NCBI GenBank assembly: GCA_039096225.1
Contig: JBBPEB010000021.1
Location: 248,001-312,000 of the forward strand
Direction: 5' to 3'
Source: Blastocystis sp. Blastoise
Lineage: Eukaryota > Protista > Bigyra: Opalinata
Length of the DNA: 64,000 nucleotides
A model generated the notes under the pieces. That model was not told where the DNA came from. It worked only from the letters and a program-made list of their open reading frames with translations, and did no database searches. Positions 55,105-64,000 of the stretch are shown one piece after another. Position numbers and translations under genes: made by a program. The first letter of the stretch is position 1. Each line of letters begins with the position of its first letter.

Positions 55105-55426
55105 TGATATATATATATATCATTAATAGATACTTTAAAAACTATTTGATATTTATTTTTCCATTTTGTTCGTTTTTATATATAGAATGAAATTATTGTT
55201 TTCTTTTTTGTTTTTTTTATATGTTGTATTTGTTGTTATTCATTTGTTTTGTTGATATATATATATATATATATTTCATTATTATGAATTCACTTTTCAA
55301 ATATTGTTTTTATATTCATTACAATTTTTATATACTATTAATCATAAACAAAATAATCTATATTTTCTATAATCAACATATATAAATAAATGAAAACAAT
55401 ACAAATTAGAACAATACATATATAAT

Positions 55427-57546
55427 TTAAAGTTTGCTCATTTCTTCTTCAATATAATCCACAAAATTCATGCCATTTTCATAAGTATTATAAGCAAAAT
55501 TAATGATATCTTCTTCAATACCTTTGGTATTTCTATTTAATAATGTATACAGATGATTCACTCCTGATTTGAATAATGTATGTATATTCATTTGCTTATA
55601 TAGAGGGACAGCAGGTGTATCTGAGAAACTATAGATTAATAAGAATAATAATAATTATTATTATTATTATTATTAATAATATAAAATAATAATATCAACG
55701 AATCATGTTTATATATATATATATATATACATAGTAATAAGACAATCAATACATGCGGCACTGATCTCAATATCATTATTCCCAAGGGAATTCGCAATAA
55801 TTTGAATATAAGGAATAGAATCATTTTGAAGTGGATATAGTAATATATATATAGAAATGAGATTAAATAAAGAGATAGAACAAGAAGGATAAAGAGAGAG
55901 GGTTTGTTGAAGTATATTTGCCTATATATAATATTAATAATATAGAATATAAATAGTATATATTACATAAAAATGTGATTTTAATCTTTATTTGAAAAAT
56001 TTAAAAAAAGTATAATAGTATAAAGAATAATAATAGTATAGTATTCATTATATATATATATATACTTCTAATACTGGTGTTAAAGAGATATTGACTCCTT
56101 GTTGTTGTTTTAATGTCTGAATGCCTTCTAAATAACTCCAAATACACTTAAATATCGAATCAAATAAGTGTTTCTCAACACATAACGGCTGAACTGGCTC
56201 CAAGGGGATCACAGGATTTAATAATAATGACCTTTATATATTTATTTATAGGTATGTGTATATATACCAAAAAGTATATAATATATAATAATAATAATAA
56301 TAATAATAAATATAATAATAAATATAATAATAATAAAAATATAATAATAATTATAAACATAATAATAATAATAATGAATAATAAAATAAATATAATAATA
56401 ATAAATAATATATATACCAAATATTACTAATAGTAGTATGTTCATAATGCGATAAATAGTGATTTAGTATATCTAATGATTCATATAAAGATATATATAA
56501 GTCAAGAGTAGGAGATATTAGATAGGGAGATAGAGATAAAAGCGCGGGAGTGGGGGTCAGAAGCGCGGCAATGGAGGGATATAGACCTTGGAATGAAGAT
56601 GATGGAAGAAGTCTATAGTTATATATAGAATAATATACTTTTGCGAATATATAAGTGATATATACTACATAATTTAGATATGATATAATATATTTATAAT
56701 AAATTATAGAATAGCAACTATAATAAATGATATAGTATATAGTATATATATATATAGATACGTTTGTTTTTGTTCTTCTTCTTCTCCTATATCTAGTATT
56801 GTCTTTAATAAATCAATATATGCACCCAACGTACTAATAATATTTATATATTTATTCATACAACTCTTCTATAATATATATATATATATATAATGCTAAA
56901 AAATATTTAAAATTAAATACTAAATAATAATAAAATAATAATATTATTATTAATATATATATATATATATACATATGTTTTTTCCTTGATTTTCTTTTGT
57001 TTCTTTTCTTCATTCGATACAGTATCATTATCATCATCTTCATTCATACCATTATCATTATTATTATCATCATTATCATCAATATTAATCTCTTGCTCTA
57101 TATTAATATTAATTCCCGCGATTTTAGCAAGATTCTGATCATTTTCCTTTTCATCTTCTAAAACATGCTGATAAATATCACTTGTCATTTCAATCTCATG
57201 ACTTAAATTTACAGAAATTCCCGTGGTTATTTCGGATAAATAAGGAAGAATATCATTTAAGGAAGAAGGAGGGTTTGAAGAAATATAAACAGCTATAAAT
57301 AATCGCGGGAACTCGATGAAATAGGAAGATAAATAAAAATATACAAAATCAGTAATTTAAATAATTTCATTAAAATAATATATAGAATAGTGAAAACAAT
57401 ATATATATATACATAGAAGTCTAGCTTTGACATATCCTTGAGTTTGAGGTATATATGTATATAATTGTTGAAGGAGAAGAGGAGAGAGATGGTATATATC
57501 TGACATCATATCCAAGCAATCACCTATATATACAGAAATGATAGGA

Positions 57547-57577
<31 letters not shown>

Positions 57578-58610
57578 AGGTTAATAATAATAATAAATAT
57601 AATAATAATAAATATAATAATAATAAATATATAAATATAATAAATATAATAAATATATAAATATAATAAATATAATAAATATATTAAATATAATAAATAT
57701 AATAATAATATACATGCTGTTTGTTTAAGTTCATCGTTATTAAAAGCAATGCACGTGAATATATAAGAAATAGTCGAATCATCTATCTTCATTATATTGA
57801 CACAGTTAGCATCATAATCACTATATATATATAAATATAGAGTCACTATAAAATGTTATTATTCATAAAAAAAAATCATTCAAAGAAAAACATTAAACTA
57901 TATATATATACATAGAATAAAAACAAATAAATAACTTTTAAATTGAAATAAGAAAAGAATATATATATAAATAACATTAATATTTAGGTAAATATAAAAG
58001 ATATATATATATATATATACAAGATTAAGGTGAGTAGAGAGAATGTTTGTGCTAATATAGTAGGAACATAAACAGATATAATTGTACTTTGAAGTTTTGA
58101 AGTATACTATATATATATACATATATAGAATACCATAAGTTAGTATATCAATAATAATAAAATATTAAAATACATAATAATAATAATATATAAATATACA
58201 TTACTAATAATAGCTGTTAGGGGAGTACAAATATCTTTTTCAATAAGATATTTAATAATATCATTACCTCCAGAAATACACATATTTCTTAAGGCACCTA
58301 AGCAATTTAATACCACAGCTTCAGCAGAATCAGATAAATGATTAATCATCTTTTTGGGAATTTGTGATTGAATAGCATATTTTATATTAGTTTTAGATCG
58401 ATCTTCCTCCTCATTCATATTTCGAATATACATCGTATCAGCATCACCAAAAAGTGCAGAAAGAACTCCACTAGAAGCAATTCTAGTATCTTCATTAGGA
58501 CTATCCAATCCACCTAATACTTCTTTAGCATTAAAGCCTTGTGGAGCTTCAACAGTAGGGTTTTTGAAAATACTTCCATTCTTCTTTTGCTTTCTTTTTT
58601 CCTTACCCAT
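55427..58610 (-). CDS. HEATR3: HEAT/ARM-repeat protein, HEATR3/Syo1-like; multi-exon
   Basis: MGKEKRKQK start, LGALRNMCISGG...LIEKDICTPL, central acidic loop, C-terminal IDCLITIFSD...NFVDYIEEE pattern. Confidence 0.75.
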
Positions 58611-59047
58611 GATTAATAAAGGTCACTTAAACTATTTAATTAAGAAAATGAACTTGGTATATTTAATTGATTAAAAAATGGCTGAAAAAGTTCTGAATAA
58701 AATCACGGTTATTTTAGAATTCATAGAAAGAAACTAGATATTTTTTTAAACGATCATTTATTCTTATGTTTTTGTTAAAAAAAATTGAATAAAATTGATT
58801 CATTATATAATGAAAACTAAACACATATATATAGAGTATTTAAACATTTAAAGAGACAAAAAAAAACAAATAGAAAAGAAAAGCGGAAACTCACTCGACG
58901 GGAAAAGGAGGATAAAAAGAATGTATTTAAAAAAGATAAATAATGAAATCGAATAATTACAGATCAATCAAAAAAATAATTTATAAAATTAAAAAAAAAA
59001 TAGCATAAATAAAAAAGATGTACAATTATAAAATAATAATAATGTTT

Positions 59048-60367
59048 TTATTCATCAATAAATTTACCATTCAATCGTTTTCTTTGAAAAGCAGCAGCTC
59101 TTCGTTTTTCATAACGAATTTTCTTTCCATAACATATTTCACCATTTCTTCTTTTTGTTTCAAGTACTTTCATACGATATGCACGACGGTCCTTACAAGA
59201 ATAAAGACATTCACTTTTCATAATAGATAAATAACTAGTAGATAAATCTTGATTCGTATCATTATCATTGATAGTATTACTATTATAAGAAGTAGGAGAA
59301 GATGGTATATAGGAAATAGAATTTGAATTATATAGAGTATCGTTAGTAGAAGTAGTTGAATTCGATATAAATGATGAATTTGAAGAAATAGATTGAGGAA
59401 TAGTATTATATTCATAAGAAGGAGTATATATAATATTATTATTATGAATAGAATTAGGTATACTATCCATTGTAGAAGATAAATATGAATAATTATCATT
59501 AGAAGGAGTAATAGTATTATTATATTCATTTATAGAACAATTATTCATATAAGATGAAGGATATTGACTATATGAAAGAGTATTATTCATATTCCAAGTA
59601 GAATCAGTATAACATGGATAATTAGTTGAAGAAGAATTCATAGAAGAATTCATAGAAGAATTCATAGAAGAATTCATAGAAGAATTCATTGAAGAATCCA
59701 TGTTAATAGATGGAATCATATTCATATTCATATTATTATTATATATAAATGTATTGGAATAATCGGAACTTGTAGAAGAGTCAGATGAAGGATAATCATT
59801 TACAAATGTACTTTGTTCATAAGTATATTGGTTGGTGGCAATAGTACTTTGATTCAAAGTTGTATATGAATCATTCATTTGATTGTCATTCTGACAAGTT
59901 TGATTGGGAGAAGCTGAAAGTGATTCTGTATCTATATAGTTTTCCATATTAAAAGAAAAAGAATTCATTTCAGCACTTTCTTCAATAGTATTCAAGCAAG
60001 AATTCCATTGAGTAGACTCAACAGATGGAATTCGTTCTTCAGATTGTACATTACAAAGAGTATCACCAAGATCAGAGTGATTATCGAAGAAAACATTATT
60101 GCTTCCATCTTCATAAAGACTAGAAGCTTGATAGTCTTCAATATAATTACCAGGAATAGTGTTGTAATCAGTATAGGTAAAATCATCAGAGGGATATGTT
60201 CCAAATTGAGTGACGGAAGTGAAGCTCTGCTTGAAGTTATACTTATTTGAAGTAATAGAAGAGATTAGGGATTCATCGGAAGAATCTTCACAGGCTAAAA
60301 TTCCCTGCGAGAGGTTGTTTCTGACGGGAAGTGATGTTGCAGCATTCATACTTATTTGTGTGATCAT
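59048..60367 (-). CDS. CCT-domain protein with long Ser/Asn-rich N-terminus; intronless
   Basis: C-terminal RAYRMKVLETKRR...KKIRYEKRRAAAFQRKRLNGKF matches the CCT motif. Start codon uncertain (60367 or 60349). Confidence 0.85.
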   Translation of the reverse strand: MITQISMNAATSLPVRNNLSQGILACEDSSDESLISSITSNKYNFKQSFTSVTQFGTYPSDDFTYTDYNTIPGNYIEDYQASSLYEDGSNNVFFDNHSDLGDTLCNVQSEERIPSVESTQWNSCLNTIEESAEMNSFSFNMENYIDTESLSASPNQTCQNDNQMNDSYTTLNQSTIATNQYTYEQSTFVNDYPSSDSSTSSDYSNTFIYNNNMNMNMIPSINMDSSMNSSMNSSMNSSMNSSMNSSSTNYPCYTDSTWNMNNTLSYSQYPSSYMNNCSINEYNNTITPSNDNYSYLSSTMDSIPNSIHNNNIIYTPSYEYNTIPQSISSNSSFISNSTTSTNDTLYNSNSISYIPSSPTSYNSNTINDNDTNQDLSTSYLSIMKSECLYSCKDRRAYRMKVLETKRRNGEICYGKKIRYEKRRAAAFQRKRLNGKFIDE

Positions 60368-61700
60368 GATAAGGTTTCGTTAAAGATAAAAAGGTTAATA
60401 CGGGTTCCATTGTTGTTGTTGTTGTTCTAATGTTGTTACACATTATTCGGGTGAATAATTTAAAAGGCACACATTACAAAAAAAAAAGCAATAAATAATA
60501 AACAATAAAAAAAACTCAAAAGTACCAACAAAAATAAAAATGTGAAATGTCATGTTATAAAACTGATCTAAAGGTCATAAAATTCAGTTAGATTCCTGAA
60601 TTCTTATTGGCTATTTCAGTTCTTCGTCAAATAATTTTCATCAATTTTAGCAATGTTCATAAGCTCTTCATTCATTGGTTCAATTGAAAGACGAACTCTG
60701 TTTACTTTCATAAAAAAAATTCTAGAAATTTATTGTGAGAACCAAAAATGAAAGGTTGTGAGATACTTATATATTGGATATATCATTGTTATCTGACAGT
60801 GTTTTCATTAAATAGACAATTAAATTATAGTATTCTATCATCTCTATTCCTATAACATAAAAAACACCTTTTTTTCAACAGATTAACAGGATCTTTCAGC
60901 AAATTCTCATCAATTTTAGTATCATGAGAACATGATATCGAATAATGATCTTTTAAAAAACACTTCAAACTCAGTTTTGTATATTATATTCTTGAATTCT
61001 TTGAAATAAACGTAAAATAGATATCATTTGAGAATTATTTAAAAAAAAACATTTTTATTTAGAAAATTATTTTTGTAAAACAAATTAGATTTTTTACTGT
61101 GTTTTTCAAATTTACCGTGAATGTAAACCATATTGCCAAAACCTAGCTAATTCTTAGGGATAAAGACGATAAAGATATTGATTGGATACGATCAAATAGA
61201 GTCAGAGATGAGCCAATAGGCGTCTTCTTAAATCATTTTTTTATAGTTAATCTCCCCAAATCGAATATATTAGGGATTATTTTTTTGATGATACATTTAT
61301 TTATAGTTAAATGCAATTATAGGAATTCTCTATGCTATGACATTCATAAGAGTAACATCTTGATCATACAATAAAGAAATATAATGAATTTCAAATGGTC
61401 TTTCCGTTTGATAACTACTCCAGTCCATTCTCAAGAGTATTATTATTATTTTAGTTGATTATTTAATTGAAATTGAAATGAGTTTGTTATTGCTTCTCAT
61501 ATGGTAATTGATGTTGTATAGAATGACAAAAAAAAATAGTTCTTCGTTTTTTTTTCTCAAAAAAAAAACGCTGCTAACAAAAACATAAGAAAAAAGAAAT
61601 ATCGTATATAGATACAAGACACAAGTAGTTTACAAGTCACAAAAAGAAATGAAATGTGGCAAATAATATATAAAAATAGATAAATATGAAAAAACAGAAA

Positions 61701-63647
61701 TTATTTTTTCTTATAATACTTTTTTGTTTTCTTTTCATTAGTATTAGCTTCTATAACAGGAGCAGAAGCAACTTCAGAACCGAAAACCGACATTACATGT
61801 TCTGTTTCATTAAATTCCTTGTTTGAATTCGTTCTCTTATAAGGTTTATTATTTTTTTTATCTTGTTGCTGTATACGATTATTATTGTGAGAATAAGTTT
61901 TCTTAAACGAATTCGACCGACTTGTATATCGTGTATAATTCTCTTTTAAAGATTTCTTATTAATAGGTGTATCAATTCCCGCGATTCCTCCTCGATTTGG
62001 GACAATTCCCATTCTGAATGCTTTAATAGTAGCAGGACAGGAAGAAGAAAGAGACGGCATATCTGTTAACTGAAGTAACTATATATAGGCATATATATAT
62101 ATTGATAGAATAAAAATTTATTATTCATATAAATAATATATATATATAAGAAGAAGCATATAAAATACATAAAAATGGAGACAATATAATAATATTCATA
62201 ATAATATCATAATAATATTCATAATAATAGTCATAATAATATTCATAATAATATTCATAATAATATCATAATAATATTCATAATAATAGTCATAATAATA
62301 TTCATAATAATAGTCATAATAATAGTCATAATAATATTCATAATAATAATACATAATAATATTCATAATAATATTCATAATAATATTCATAATAATATAC
62401 ATAATAATATTCATAATAATATTCATAATAATATACATAATAATATTCATAATAATATTCATAATAATATTCATAATAATATACATTATATCTTGCTTTA
62501 AATAGAGAATCTAGCGAATGTGACGTAATAGGTTTAGATAAAAGAGATAATTGTGTTTCTACATGTGATTCAATTGTGTTTTTCTGCTCTGTTTTGATAT
62601 GTTTAGAATATAATAATGAAGATACAGTTACTTCTAATCTCTAAATATATATGTAAATAAAAAAATATTATCAGTAAATAGAAATAAATATTTATATATC
62701 ATAATACTTATTTCAATATTATATATATAGAATTATTATTATTATTATTATTATATATACCTGTACAAGTAATTCTTTACGAAGAGAAGCATCCAGACAC
62801 ATTTTATTATTAATAGTATTTAAATAAGAAACCATTTTTGGTGTGATTTGTGAAGAATCTATTAAATATCTATTCATTCTCTATAATTATATATTTTGAT
62901 TATCACAAATATATTTTTTAAATTATATAAAAACCATATTCAGTTATTATTATTAGTTTATATCTATATATACATCAAGTTGTGTGAATATAGTATATAA
63001 TATAGAATTCTCGTCTATTTTGCCATTAGGAATATCGGAAGAAGACATCAAAAAGAATTGTAAAGATTGAATCTATATATAAATAAATAAATTTATATAT
63101 ATATATATAATCTAAAACACCTCTTTTTATCATTTTTTTTCTTATTTAAAAAAAAAATAACACAAAATATATATTTTTTAAATTAAAATAATATAAATAT
63201 ATTAAATATATACTAGATTATTAACAGTATTCACTTTCTTTATTTCTTCTTCTTTCACTTTAGAAACATTTTGAGAGATAATAGAAACCTGTAATTCTCC
63301 TGTAAGAAAATCAAGTAATTCGCATCGATTTCTAAAGGAATCAGTTGTATTCTCAATAAAACTATACACATTAAAGTAAATAAATATTTTTTATTATTTA
63401 GTGAATCATTATACCCTCTTTCTAATGCAAAGAAGAGTGGATCTGATAGAGCCTGCTGTGATTCTTTATCATCTAAACATTCAAAAAGACAAATCTTGGT
63501 AACAAGTTTCGCAACAATTTCATCAAAGATATCAATAGATTTCATCGTATTAGAAAGTAAATCATCGCAATTAAAGAAACAATCCTTTAGTTTCATACTT
63601 TCAAAACGTACAATCGTATCCTCTAGTATCTGTCTGCAAATTTCCAT
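61701..63647 (-). CDS. Hypothetical protein; multi-exon, basic C-terminus
   Basis: Coding-like exons at 63647-63213, 63071-62974, 62880-62762, 62640-62486 and 62078-61701, separated by AT-rich introns. Edges and start are approximate. Confidence 0.55.
62190..62486. repeat. 12-nt intronic minisatellite (ATAATAATATTC)n
   Basis: About 24 tandem units with ATTC/AGTC/ATAC variants. Confidence 0.9.
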
Positions 63648-63870
63648 CTTTATTTTTTATTTATTCATATAAACTACGAAAGTATCTAAATACAGATAGT
63701 CTTTTCTTGAAGACACCTTTATCAAAGCAAGTATCGTGGTAATAAGAAGAAATGATCCGATTCTCAATAAATATCCACGGTTTTAGACAAAACTCATTTT
63801 CACCAATATTTTTTTGATTTATTGTATATTTTTTCTTTGGTCACTATTCTGTCTTCTTATTTATTTATCA

Positions 63871-64000
63871 ATGTCTATTGCTATCAATAAAGAACAAGTT
63901 AAAAAAGCTATTCATGCTTTAGTTCAACATATTAAAGTTGAAAACCAAAAGAAAACCAAGATCAGTATTGATGATACTAAAATGATCACTTTAATTATTG
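63871..64000 (+). CDS. 5' end of ribosomal L1 domain-containing protein (RSL1D1/Utp30/Cic1-like), truncated by window
   Basis: MSIAINKEQVKKAIHALVQHIK...IDDTKMITLII resembles the RSL1D1 N-terminus; only 43 codons visible. Confidence 0.55.
   Translation, partial: MSIAINKEQVKKAIHALVQHIKVENQKKTKISIDDTKMITLII

Overview
Very AT-rich, intron-rich eukaryotic DNA, probably from a protist. Introns are GT-AG, typically ending ...tatatatag, and the standard genetic code is used. About 60% of the window is nested mobile DNA. (1) 1-24.2 kb: a 14.2-kb hAT transposon (1513-15685) with an 8-bp TSD (CTGAAATA) and 1081-bp TIRs that contain the first exons of its own transposase. One transposase intron holds two tandem non-autonomous Helitrons (4637-7318, 7343-13846). 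A third Helitron 3' end lies at 581, and a possible outer minus-strand Helitron 5' end at 24186. (2) 33055-48002: a decayed Mutator-like element with a 9-bp TSD, whose right TIR is interrupted by an intact IS630/Tc1 DD34E element (46329-47996). Host genes: UCP-like mitochondrial carrier, eIF2B-gamma-like, ERCC1, ZIP/ZupT zinc transporter, an HRM-like membrane protein, ABHD17-like hydrolase, COPE, UTP18, HEATR3/Syo1-like, a CCT-domain protein, a hypothetical protein and the start of an RSL1D1-like gene. The most striking unexplained signal is a 66-70-nt tRNA-like cloverleaf found five times in the Helitron-type DNA, always on the minus strand. It is a linker-less four-way junction with an invariant GGTTCAATTCC T-arm and D-loop GG, and shows compensatory changes in all four stems. 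Two copies sit downstream of spliced exons and a pyrimidine tract. One Helitron also carries an array of symmetric micro-exons. All calls were made by eye, with no database searches.
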